DNA of 62,916 nucleotides, filler included, from Craspedostauros australis (Eukaryota), in NCBI GenBank assembly GCA_030167865.1. It is 12 parts of 12 records of this genome, joined end to end, with 100 filler letters (N's around TTAATTAATTAA, not from the genome) between each part and the next. Parts side by side here need not be neighbours in the genome. Positions count along the whole stretch, not along the records: positions 38,059 to 45,965 come from JALAGF010005291.1; positions 46,066 to 48,566 come from JALAGF010005292.1; positions 48,667 to 57,624 come from JALAGF010005293.1; 9 more parts are not named here. One strand, 5' to 3'. Each line of letters begins with the position of its first letter. The stretch's first letter is position 1. The notes beneath the pieces are model-generated. The model was not told the DNA's origin. It saw only the letters and a list, made by a program, of their open reading frames with translations, and ran no database searches. Below are positions 38,060 to 50,646 of the stretch, piece after piece. The translations under genes and the position numbers were made by a program.

Positions 38060-40255
38060 GACGATCTGCTTCGTCCACAACGATTTGATTGAAGGGCCTC
38101 GTGTGATGACGAACGTTTGTTGCCATGTTGTTCTTTGCCATGTCGTCCATCTTCATCTCTCTCATTGCTGTGCTGTTCGATGCTGTCAATTCGATATCCT
38201 CTTGATCTGCTTCGTGGTCGCGCCGATGATGATCGTTCATCGCAGGACTTCCGTCGCCCATCTTCGCCACATGGTGTCGATTGGCTACGGCCACGTTGAT
38301 TTGGTCTTCGCGAACTTCCTCGGTCATGCGTTCGGGAAGGTGAGCCCTTGGGCCGTTGCAAACCAGTCCCAGCGGAGTGCGCATTTGAGTTGGTTTCGCG
38401 TGAACGCGAGGCTGCGTTCATGTCATCCGAACTGCCAGATGTTCGTTGTCGCCGTGATGATGGCGATGAGTCCATCGATACTCGCGCAGTCTTCTGCGGC
38501 CGCGATCGGACGAACTTCGACGACTCTGCGCCGATGGCGAGCGGCAGCTTCTTCCAGAGGAGCAAGTGTGAATTGCTCCGTCACGACGATGACTCAATGA
38601 TGTCGAATGCTCCACACTCTTTGATCTTGACGATGTCGAGCGCGGCTTGCCACTGGTGTGCTGTGCGCTTCTCCGCCGATGCCGTGGCGACGGTGATATG
38701 GATGGTAATATCAATGGTGATGACACGTCTCTTGTTTTGCTGGAGTGGTGACATCGGGGCCCATTGCCAAGCACCTTGGAGATCCTTTCCTTGATCGCCT
38801 CGCGCAGAGCATCCGTGCTTCATTCGCATGAACGTCGTTGCTTTGAGTCTTCACTTGGGCGCAACGAACTGCATGCAGATCTGTTGTGAGAAGGAGCCCC
38901 TCGTTCCTTCTTGCTCGATTGCAATTCGATTCCCAAACTCAAGGCTCCAGGACTGGAAGGGGCTTGGGGTTGTGGCCGAGACACCTCCATGTTCGTGGTT
39001 GCGTTCGAATTGTTGAAGATCGAGTTTGGATTTGGACTGTGATGATGATGATGACGGTGGCGACGATGACGCCTTTGCGGACGCATTGGTCAGGGCAAGA
39101 TCGGCCAATTGCGATGGTCGGGATTCGAGAGATGGCCGTTGCTTCGATTTGGCAGGATTGGTCGACGACACTTCACGTAATGATGATCGTTTGGCCTTGA
39201 GGATGCTTTCCAACGTCGACCTGCGCTTGTTCAACGACAAAGACTGTTGTCTCTATTCATGTATGTGGCTTAACGGGGCTGGTGTAGATGCCGCGCTCCG
39301 GTCTCCAGGCGTGACAGGGGCCGCGGAGCTTCTCCCACCGTTCGTTGCAGCAGCATTTGTCGCAACGCCGGCGCTGTCGTCATCGTTGTGGAGACTTGGC
39401 AGATTGGTCAGTGACTCCAGGCGCTTGCTGCGTGACGTCTCCGTTGTCGCAACTCGAGGTAGAGCCGGGGTGCTGGCTGCGCTCATCGCGCCTGGTATGT
39501 CTGATGTGTCTGGTGTGACTGGCATGTTGCGTCCGTCCTTCGAGAATTCCAAACTCTTGCTCCTCGATTCGGCGCTGCTGGTCGTTCTGTTGGAATTCGT
39601 TTGTGTCCTTGGCCTGCGTCTCCGACTCTGGGCAAGCATCATCTTGTCTTGACTGCTCCATTCGCGGGTTGCGCCGAGTGCTGGGGCTGTGGCGAAGCTG
39701 AGTCCACCTGGGGTGTTTGGCGACGGTATGGATTCGTTGTTGTTGAACTTGCTTTGATCAAAGGAGCTGAATGACATCTTGTGAGCTTGCAAGTCAAGCA
39801 TGTCCAGACTCTTCGCATGTGATCGTTTCACAGCCGAAGCATTCGCATCTTTTGCTGTACTTCTGTTGGCGCTGCTTGGTGTATCTGTGCTGACACTGGC
39901 ACGACCACCTGATTTTGCAGCTGCTTTGGCCTCTTTGGCAACGCTGGTGGGCTTGCTCGCCTTCGATTTCGTGTCGGCCTGTTGCGGTTGCTTGGTCTCC
40001 GTTTGCTTCTCTGCTATCAGTCTGACACCCTCCTCTTCCAGCAACCTCAATCGTCATGACCTCATGACCGCACAGGCTGGACGAAGGTTCGAACAGAGTA
40101 TCAGGCTGGACGCTTTGTTGTGGCAACTCCCAGAGTAGATCGTACTCATGGAAGGTTTCATAGTAATACTCATAATCGTACGACGGGTGGGTCAAGGGTA
40201 CGGAGCAACTGGCGAGCCTTCCCACAGTTCCTCTTGGATGTCGATGCCTCATCAT
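38060..40255 (-). pseudogene. Probable degenerate gene for a low-complexity Ser/Ala/Lys-rich protein
   Basis: ORFs 39253..40050, 38851..39240, 38581..38829 and 38011..38565 lie in one frame, separated by single in-frame stops. No recognisable domain. Confidence 0.35.
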
Positions 40256-41946
40256 CTTGTCTGATTGTTTGTCTGACTGTTTGTGTTGGTGTTGATGGTA
40301 CCAATGTGAAGGGATGCGGTGTCATTGGAGTGGTCGCCATCGTCATCGTCATCGTCAAACAGAGTTGCGTCGAATGAAGACAACAGTGAGGTGATGTTCG
40401 CTGTGGGTGTTTGTGTGTGGTATTGGTTGAATGAACTACGGACGGCAGACAGACGAGTACCCACCAAACGCGCCAAAAATTCTTGACACCACCCAAAACA
40501 ACGAATCTTCGATTTTGCACCCATCATCCATCAAACAACATCAACACAACATCAACACAAAAGAGAGAGAGAGAGAGAGATGAAATGGCATGACTATGTT
40601 TACATTGATGGAGCTATCAGCCAACACCGAGACATTGTCCGTAAAGCAACGAAGCAATGAAATAATGAAGCAAAACAGCAACACAGCAATGAAGTAATCA
40701 AGCAAGCGGCGGCTGCGCAAAATATGGCACGCCAACCAGAATCAACGAAAGCGGCCATGGCAAGAGACGATGATGATGCCGATGATGATGACGCTGATAC
40801 CGATGATCAATGGCAAGCGGTGACGAACAGCGATCTCAAATGTGTCGTATCGCTCAGCGACATCAGAAAGGAAGATATCACACAAACTGCTCCGGAGTAG
40901 AGAATATCTTGGGACATGGGCAATCACAGCACCAACAACATAACCAACAGTCATGGCAAGACATGTCATGGCCCGTGGTGCGGTCTGGATTCAAGTCATC
41001 AGCAGCCGCGCGCACGCACAGAAACGTACGATGCGTTGTCGGAAACGGAGATTCAGCACATGTTGGACGGGTGCATCCGTGAGATCAAACACAGCGACTT
41101 CTTCCGAGACCTGCAGAGCCATCAGTTTGGAAATGTTCCTCAGTTCCCACAACGCGTGCCACAACCAGGCACGCCTGTTCATACCGATGCTCAAAGAGAT
41201 GTATCTCCGCCACAAACCGCAAACGATGAGACAGAGGCACTGTCTCCTTGGATCCACCATTACTGAAATCGTGTGCAATGACATCGGCAACTTCTCCCAT
41301 GGCTCATCATCTTGGTCCGCCATTTCGAAAACCATGCAGCTGTTGGCATGCGCTTGTGCCGTGCGCGACATCATGCACGAACTGCAGCAGCACCACCACC
41401 AACAAGCTGACAGCCGTAGTACATCCCGCTCCGTCACGTTGGATTCGAGTTCTACAAGCCATGCATGACGCAAACAGGGTCCACCATCGTTTCTCACACA
41501 ACTCCTTCCACACCAACGAAACGAGCGAACGTGGAAACCATATGATCGACAACAACGATCACGACGATGACAGCGGTGGCTGGACCATCGTCTTCATGTC
41601 GCATTGGCAAATGATGATGCACAGCAGCGTGCTGTACGCCAACCGGGATCATCTGCAATTCATTCACAGAAGATTATGCGTATCTCGCGGCCCAGCCAGA
41701 CCGCGCTGCGAACGATACGGTACTGCATGGAGCAGCATGCGGTGCGCATCACCAAAGGCGATAGTGAAGGCATGCCGGACGCACCATTGAATGAATGGAT
41801 TACGAATTGCTCCACCTCCTTTCACACAGATTCTATCCTAATGACTATTCTGACGACTATTTTTATCAATCAACTCAATTCCGTCACGCGTTCACTTGTG
41901 GAAGATTTCTGGTACGGTATGGCATGGTATGAAATGGTCTGACACT

Positions 41947-44432
41947 TCACTCCTCTTCTGCAGCAGCACCGTCCGTTTCAACCACTATGGATGATTTGGT
42001 ACTTAGAGAGCGGACGAAGTCCGCCAATGTCGCACAATCCATGTATGAATCCACTTGTTCTGTACCCTTGTCCTCATCTATGACCTTGTACAGCTCCATC
42101 ATGGACANNNNNNNNNNNNNNNNNNNNNNNNNNNNNNNNNNNNNNNNNNNNNNNNNNATGAATCCACTTGTTCTGTACCCTTGTCCTCATCTATGACCTT
42201 GTACAGCTCCATCATGGACATGCCACTGTACTCATCATCAAGTCCGTCACTCTCCATTCTACCATGGCAGAGGTCATGAATGACTCCCATTAGGTGAGGG
42301 TGATGAAATAGCTGCTTGGAATCTGGATGAGTGAACAATTTGTTCTCATTTTCAGCTGCCATCCTCATTGCGGTATCCTTCAACACCACGCAGTTGTGTT
42401 GATCGGCGAATATCAACACATCTATCATGCTGTCCTCTGTGAGATGCTTGCGGGTCAACTCTGCTTCAAGAGCAAGCTTGAGTCGCCAGAAGCCGAACTC
42501 GTTGGCCACAAGGATCAGCTGTTGCAGATCATCCTGTCCAGTGAGGGTGGGAGTTGGCTGGTTTGCGTCATCATCGTCAGTGTAGCCATGGGTGTTGTTG
42601 TTGAAGGATATCTCGCCTGTGTAGATGCATTGGAGGACGTATCGGACGTGTTTTGGTTGAAGGTCGGGAAGAGGGATGGTCGTTTGGATGGGGACCGCGC
42701 CGTCTTCGGTGTTATCATTCACGTGCTGATGTTGGATTCCAGAGCTGATCAATGTCTGAATGGATGGGACAGTGACCATGAGGACTTCGGAGTTGGCTTT
42801 GATTGATTGTTGGTCGTCCCCTTGTCCGCACAGGAAGGTCATGTCTGCGATGGCCTCGGTACGAAAAGCAGCGTGACGATCTTGGTCGATGCTGATCTTG
42901 AGATGTTGTTTCAGCTGCCGTTTCAGCTGTTCGTTCTCTTGTTGACTTTTCGAGAGCATGTGCTGCATTTCTTCCTTCTGTTGTTTCAGCTGTTCGTTCT
43001 CTTGCTCCTTCTGTGTCTTCTCTTGCTCCCTCTGTTCCAACTGCTGTTTCAGTTGTTCGTTCTCCTGCTCATTCTCTTTCAACTGCTGCCGCGGTTGTGA
43101 GTTGCAGTAACTCAGATGATAGAGGCGGTTTATCATCTTGATTTGAAGTGTTGCATCGATCATATCGAGGGGCGTTTTGTTGTTGTTGTTTTGAATGTCG
43201 GTATCGGCATTGGCTGATGCAATGAGGTACGCAACACACTCCACGTGGCCTTTGAAGCATGTCGAATGGAGGGGAGTGTCGCCATTGTTGCTTTTGCAGT
43301 TGATGTCCGCCTCACATGATTTGATGAGGTACTTGACACACTCCAGCTGGCCGTTGGAGCATGCATGATGAAGGGGAGCGAAACCATCGTTGTCTTTGCA
43401 GTTGATGTTCGCCTCACGTGATTCGATGAGGTACTTCACACACTCCAGGTGGCCTTTGAAGCATGTCGAATGGAGGGGAGTGGAACCATTGTTGTTTTTG
43501 CAGTTGATGTCCGCCTCACATGATTCGATGAGGTACTTGACACACTTCAGGTGGCCCTTGGAGCATGCATGATGAAGGGGAGCGAAACCATCGTTGTCTT
43601 TGCAGCTGATGTCCGCCTCACATGATTCGATGAGGTACTTGGCACACTCCAGCTGACCGTTGTTGCATGCCCGATGAAGGGGAGTGTTGCCCTTGTTGGT
43701 TTTGCAGTTGATGTCCGCCTCACATGATTCGATGAGATACTTGGCACACTCCAGGTGGCCGTTGGAGCATGCATGATGAAGGGGAGTGGAACCATCGTTG
43801 TCTTTGCAGTTGATGTTCGCCTCACGTGATTCGATGAGGTACTTCACACACTCCAGGTGGCCTTTGAAGCATGCATGATGAAGGGGAGTGGAACCATTGT
43901 TGTTTTTGCAGTTGATGTCCGCCTCACATGATTTGATGAGGTACTTGACACACTCCAGCTGGCCGTTGGAGCATGCATGATGAAGGGGAGCGAAACCATC
44001 GTTGTCTTTGCAGTTGATGTTCGCCTCACGTGATTCGATGAGGTACTTCACACACTCCAGGTGGCCTTTGAAGCATGTCGAATGGAGGGGAGTGGAACCA
44101 TTGTTGGTTTTGCAGTTGATGTCCGCCTCACATGATTCGATGAGATACTTCACACACTCCAGGTGGCCGTTTGTGCATGCATGATGAAGGGGAGTGCAAC
44201 CATCGTTGTTTTTGCAATGGATGTCCGCCTCACATGATCTGATGAGGTACTTGACACACTCCAGGTGGCCGTTCCAGCATGCCCAATGAAGGGGAGTCCA
44301 ACTATGGTTGTCTTTGAAGTTGACATCAACTCCTTCATTCTGCGTCTTGTTCTGCTTCTTCCATTCCTTCAACACTGACAAGTCACCTGCCTTGGCAGCA
44401 TCAATGAGTTGTTTGTTCGTAACACTCGGCAT
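41947..44432 (-). CDS. Ankyrin-repeat (11 full 34-aa repeats), coiled-coil, BTB/POZ domain protein
   Basis: Repeats TPLHHACxxGHLECVKYLIESCEADINCKxNxG and a Q/E/K coiled coil. BTB motifs ADMTFLC, IPLPDLQPKHVRYVLQCIYTG, LILVANEFGFWRLKLALE and LIFADQHNCVVLKDTAM. The C-terminus continues past the gap overlap (..QVDSYMDCATLADFVRSL..AEEE*) to TGA at 41947-41949. Confidence 0.92.
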
Positions 44433-46067
44433 TTTGAGAGTGTGGTGGATGGTCGATGGTTGTTGCACGATTTACGTTGGATTGGCTGTCGAGGATGTCT
44501 GTGGTCGGAGCTGCCTATGGAAGAGATATCGATGTTTGTGTATGCAACAGCTTGTATTAGTATGAGTATGAGTGCCATACGCTGTGTGATGAATATGAGT
44601 GGCAATTCGATGTCTGTTGTTCACGCGGTTGAGTATGGGGTTGAGTGGTGTGTATGTGTGTGTGTGTGTCTTGTTCGCATGGTCTCCTCCTTCTGTTTGC
44701 CTGTGTTTGTCTCCTTCTCTTGATCAAACGCGTCTGGTTCGCGCGGATTGGATCTTTCTGTTCTCATCCATCACGAAAATGCGTGCGACCAACAACAAGA
44801 AAGAAGCACCACAACAGAGTTCTCGTTTGGCCACAATCAACGCAACACCAATCCGAAGCAAACAACGTGAAAGTCATCGGAAACAGAGAGAGCTGTCATC
44901 GTGGCATCTGCAAGACCGCTGACCCTCGTCCGCCTGCCATCGCAAGCACCAACTTGAGGTGTGAGCCAATGCCTCGAACAACCATGAAGCCACCGATGAA
45001 GCCGCCGATGTGACTGCCTTTGTTGATTGCCTGTGTTGGTTGCGACCCATCTCATTTGGATTTGACTGGTTACCATCCCACCGCACTGCAACCATCACCA
45101 TCCGCGCGAACAACAAGAGTCCTCCACATCAAACCAACACCACATTGCGTATTGGGATGAGTTGACACGTCCAGCAACCAACAGGCGGAGCGATACCGTG
45201 CCGCCTCCACTGTTCCTGCCGCACGGACCACCAACACACAACACCATGCGCATTCTATCAATAGGCATGAGTGCCGCCGTCTTGGCTCGTGACTCCCAGA
45301 GCATTGATGCTCAACCGAGGCGACCGACAGGAACATCCACCTCACAAATGAAGTTGGGAGCACCACGAAGGAGGACATGTGGGTGTACGGTATCCATGGG
45401 CCATGGATCGCTGACCGTGTGCTTCTTGTGCCTGTTGGAACTCGGTGTCAACCATGATCCGCAATATGACACTCGCACTCTGCATGGGGTTGCTCGTTCG
45501 TTGGTTGGTTGGTTGGATTCTTCTTTTGCTAGTCAAGCTCGCTGGATGCTTGGACTGCGCTGTCTCGTCGGTTCTTGTCTTTCCGCCACGCTGGCACTGG
45601 TCGCTTCGAAGATTGGAATTGATGGTGACCCTGGCATTTGTTGCTTCAACGGCGAGTGATCACTCCTCCTGGGACTTGGTAAGGGTCTCAGCTGCAGTTT
45701 TGGCACAATGGCGAGAGTGCAACTCATGAAGAGATGAGAACGATAGCGCGACACAGGACGGTCGATGGAACCACAGATGTCCAATCCGTTCGTGAATGAC
45801 ATCGGCAACATCCCTGTGTGGGTATGTACTATGCCGCAGAGAGCGGACCAGACTAGTCGTAGACAAGGCGGAGGCAGCGTGGGAGCAGTATCCAGCCCTT
45901 CAATCTCTTGGAACATCCATTGCCTTCATCACAGCGTTCTATTGCACAAGCAGATATAGTGTATGNNNNNNNNNNNNNNNNNNNNNNNNNNNNNNNNNNN
46001 NNNNNNNNNTTAATTAATTAANNNNNNNNNNNNNNNNNNNNNNNNNNNNNNNNNNNNNNNNNNNNCG

Positions 46068-48586
46068 GACCCGAAGGACCCAAGCCTCTCTGCCATCCTT
46101 GATGGCACGCCAGGCTACCCAACGGCCGGGCCATCTTCGCTCTCCTTCAAGGAGATCGGAGTCAACTTCATCGAGGTCACCTTCCGACACCCCATCATCG
46201 TAGATGCATGGAATCGAAAGGAAAGAACCAACGAAACCGAAATCGTGCGCCACGTCCACAAGACTACCTGGAACGCGTTCACGGAACTCAAACAGGAGTT
46301 CCGGATCAGCATCGAAACCGCCATGATCTTTGATCTCTTTCCAGCCAAGACCCTCGCNNNNNNNNNNNNNNNNNNNNNNNNNNNNNNNNNNNNNNNNNNN
46401 NNNNNNNNNNNNNNNNNNNNNNNNNNNNNNNNNNNNNNNNNCAAGCACCCGGACGACGTAGCAAGGAACTACGAGACAGGACTCCTCATCTACCACATCG
46501 GAGAATGGGTCAGATCCATCGAAGTTGAGGATGAATCCACTCTCGAATCCACCCTTGACGCGATGTTCACCAACACGGACACCACCGCCAAAGCCATGAC
46601 AGACTTCTGCCGTTCCGAACGATGCGGCAAACGTCACCACAACCAAGCGTGGTTGAACGCCATCGGAGAACACAAGAAGGCACTCTCCAACACATCCGCG
46701 ACCAGTGTCTCATCTGGGTCAGAAGCATCTACCCGTAGAACCGGACGCGACAACGACAGCCACCCAGGAGGAACTCCATCTGGGTTCTCCCTCATGATCG
46801 GTGGGAACACCCCGCACCGTACTCCACCCGACTTCCAGAACGAAACCCAACTCTCCAGCATCGCCAAGCAAGGATCACCAAACACATCACCAGTAGTCAT
46901 CGACACCCGTGGTACCACCCCGCCCAACGAAGGTACCGAACCAGGCACCGACTACGACCAACACCCTGGTAACGACGATACCATAGGCGCATCCGACAAC
47001 CGCGGTCCCACAGGACGGAACCGACCACCCCACGAACGGAACCCGCACCCCTACCACGGTACCACGAATATCCCAGCCCCGCACGGCATGGGTAACTATC
47101 GAGGTAACAACGGGCACGAACCCGTAAACCGGAACCCTACCGACAACCCAAACGCGAACCATGGGACGAGCCGCCCGCACCGTGACAACCATGGACCACC
47201 AGGTAACCATGGACACAACGGTGGCAACCCTTATGGGTACCCCCCTAACATGGGAAACCATTTCCCTCATGGTCCACCGCTTCCAATGTACCACGGAACC
47301 CACCCAGGAGGATTCCCTCCCATCGGAATCCCTATCCCCATGGGCCATTTTCCTCATGGAATCGGAGGCTTCCCAGTACCACAAGTAACCTTCACCCCAG
47401 AACGCACCCCAGGCACCCTCCCTGACGAAACTCAACTCTCCATCATCGCTGAGCGCGGATCTACGACGACATCCCCAACAGCAACTGATGCCCGCGGCGA
47501 CAACCCGAAGGCTGCAGGTACCGACCCTGGCAACGACGACCACAACCAGTACCTGGACACCAACAAAACCACTGGACCAGCCACCGAACATGGACCCAAT
47601 GGAAGGATCAGACTGTTCCCCAACATTTACCCCGAGACCATCAGTGGGTACGACTGCAACCCATCGGACGCCAAGGCAGTAACCTTCGCCCCTGGGACGA
47701 CCACCAAAGACCCAGGGGACACCACCACACCTCGGATGACCAACCTGAAGAACAACAGCAACCATCCAGCAAGCAACCAAAGCTCGTGGGACCATCATGG
47801 TACCACGGGCAACCCACCACCTCATGGTATGACCAGCTACCATAACCACGACGGACGTGAACCAACGATCCGAATCCCAACTGTCAACACAGCCACGAAT
47901 CTTGGGACAGATCATCCGCGTCACCAAGACCCTGGACCCTACGGAAACCATGGTCACACCAACGATGGACCTCATGGGTATCCACCCCGCATGGAGACCT
48001 TCCACGCACATGGGAGCCCACGTCCAGAGCACCCACATCCCCATCCAGGAGGATTTCCGCCCAATGAAATCCCTCTCCACACCGGATACCCCCCAAACAG
48101 AAATGGAGGCTACCCACCAGCCCCGAGAGCTTTCATGCCTGTCGGAATTCCCCAACCTGGGTACCCCCCGAAACCACCAGGACACAGGAACCAAGCAACA
48201 GGTCACGGCGCGAACAAAGGGGGACCGGATCCACACGTCTTAGATCCTGACACCCACCGCGGGCACCACGCATCCGTGCGCGCACCCCATCAGGGAGGCA
48301 CTGATGGTGATACTCCAAATCCTCCCGCCAAGCTGACGAAGCGGCGCCCCAACCCAAACGCCACGAGCACCGGTCCCAACGACGACCACAACCAGCACAG
48401 CATCACCAACAAAGCTGCTGGACCAACCAACGCACGCGAACCCGACGGAAGGAGCAGACCGTTCCCCAACGTGAACTTTGCGACTATTGGCGAAAACGAT
48501 CGCGGGCCACCCGACACCAAGGCGGTAACCTTCGCCTCCAAGACAACCACCAGGGACCCAGGAGATNNNNNNNNNNNNNNNNNNNN
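46068..48586 (+). CDS. Partial large ORF with a globular-looking N-part and long Pro/Gly/His/Asn/Thr-rich internally repeated region; possibly transposon gag/ORF1
   Basis: Open across the whole scaffold. Repeated blocks ETQLSSIAKQGS / ETQLSIIAERGS, HPGGFPP x2, DxKAVTFA..TTxDPGD x2 and NDDHNQ x2. Confidence 0.55.
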
Positions 48587-50646
48587 NNNNNNNNNNNNNN
48601 NNNNNNNNNNTTAATTAATTAANNNNNNNNNNNNNNNNNNNNNNNNNNNNNNNNNNNNNNNNNNNNGTTGCCATCGTCATAGATCTCTCGGTTCCCGACC
48701 GTTATTGGGACATGGCCGAGTAGGCCACTGGATGAGGGTGCTTGGATGTCACATAAGACAGGTAAGGCCATTGGGCTGTCCGAGTGCAACTGGTCGATTG
48801 CTAGGTTGCGGTTTGTCTGGGAGGTGCTATTGGGGGTTGCGGCAATCATGGGTATCTTTGCACTTAATACCATTCCTGTTCCAGTCAGTCCTCATGGGAG
48901 CTGCGGTAGAATAGGGTATCTTTGCAAAGTCGTACCCCCGATTCCTGACAAACTTCCCCCTCGGAAAGTGAAACTCGATTGCGTTTTAGGAGCCAAAAAC
49001 ACAATTGAGTTTCACATTGCAGTCCCGGCAAGCCAACCTTCCACGTGTTGGAACGAAACCAATGGCCAATCATTTCTCTTCATTGGCAGCAATGTTGAGT
49101 CGTCCTTGTCGTGCTGATGATAGTTTTTTGAGATGCTAGTGATGATTAAACTAGCATTCCGAATGAGGGGTGCAGGGAGCGATAGAGAGCGATTACGATA
49201 TCGAATATGCCTGTAAGCTTCACATATGATATCTGCGCGCAAGTATCAAAGGACCCCTTCATGATCCAGCTGAGGAATCTTTGCTCATATCCTATTTCAC
49301 CCGATACAACATCCGCGGCGTGTTCCTGATGCTCTGAGGACTAGTGTAGTCAGATACGACCAGAGACTTCTACCGACGCGCATTTTGCATCTTTTGGAGA
49401 TCCTGACTGCCGTATCGGAAGTCGTTGTTGGTCTCCAACCAACCCAACATGCAATCGCAATAGTTCTGTGTAGACTGCGTGAAGAGCTTCTATTGGACAA
49501 CAAACTGCTGATNNNNNNNNNNNNNNNNNNNNNNNNNNNNNNNNNNNNNNNNNNNNNNNNNNNNNNNNNNNNNNNNNNNNNNNNNNNNNNNNNNNNNNNN
49601 NNNNNNNNNNNNNNNNNNNNNNNNNNNNNNNNNNNNNNNNNNNNNNNNNNNNNNNNNNNNNNNNNNGAAGAGATGGCAGCGAAACTCTCAGAACACGAAG
49701 CTCCTAAGAGAAGAAAGAGGGATGTGCGTTGCGTGCAACTCAGATCACACCCATTAATGATCCTATCAACCTTTGGTCTCAACAAGTGATGCGATAACAT
49801 GCAAGGAGCATTCATATCAGAGCAGTCTAAACTAGAGCTCTATTCTACAGAAGAGAANNNNNNNNNNNNNNNNNNNNNNNNNNNNNNNNNNNNNNNNNNN
49901 NNAGTCACGAGTACCAATGTGAAATCCGAACGTGAGTGCCACATGTGACATGAACACAGGGGTGTGAATGTGAAATGCGATAGGCCTCTAGTATCCGTAC
50001 GAGCGTGCCCGTATCGTCAGTGTCCAACAAGAAAAGCGGATGCACAATCAGTGCCATAGTTGTACTCGTACGAGTGCAACCGTGCCTGTTGGGCAAAAAA
50101 GTGTATCAGTTCAGTTGCGTGAGTGTGCCTGTGCACATGCAATAACCTCAGTCCGGGCGGCTCCAGAAGCGCGCACCCTTGTGATGTGACACAGCAATGG
50201 TGTGCGAGCTAGACAAAGAGGGTGCGTGGAGTGCTGACAAGTACTGTGCTGATGCCAGTCTACCACTATTATTATTCGTATGTTTCTACGTACTCGCACG
50301 GTGCAACTGCGAATGCGCACTCCAATTGACACTCCGAGACAAGGAGCCTACTTTGTTGCGCTGCGGCATGCTGTTTGCTTGCCCGTTGATCTAGTGTTGA
50401 CCGATGCGGTTGCTGATCGTCTTGACCTGGGTCTTGTTCTCCTTCTATGCCGCATCAGCGTGGTATGGCACCAACATGTTCTTCTTGTAGAGGGTAGTAT
50501 TATACACTGAGAGAATGGTGCAGGTGATGTGCACACTGTACCAGTACATGCAAGATGCACGGCTATTCGTAGGTATGTATGGACGCGTCGCACCAATATG
50601 ACAGTCATAGCCACGCCGCAGCTCGGCGAGCACTCTAAAGGGATCA

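Noticed and set aside
40580..41790. Overlapping short plus-strand ORFs that look like a decayed gene
   Set aside because: No consistent frame or identifiable family.
44950..50150. Short ORFs at 44950-45965 and 48666-49857, and the palindrome gttgtactcgtacgagtgcaac at about 50059
   Set aside because: No motifs support a call, and a single short hairpin is insufficient evidence.
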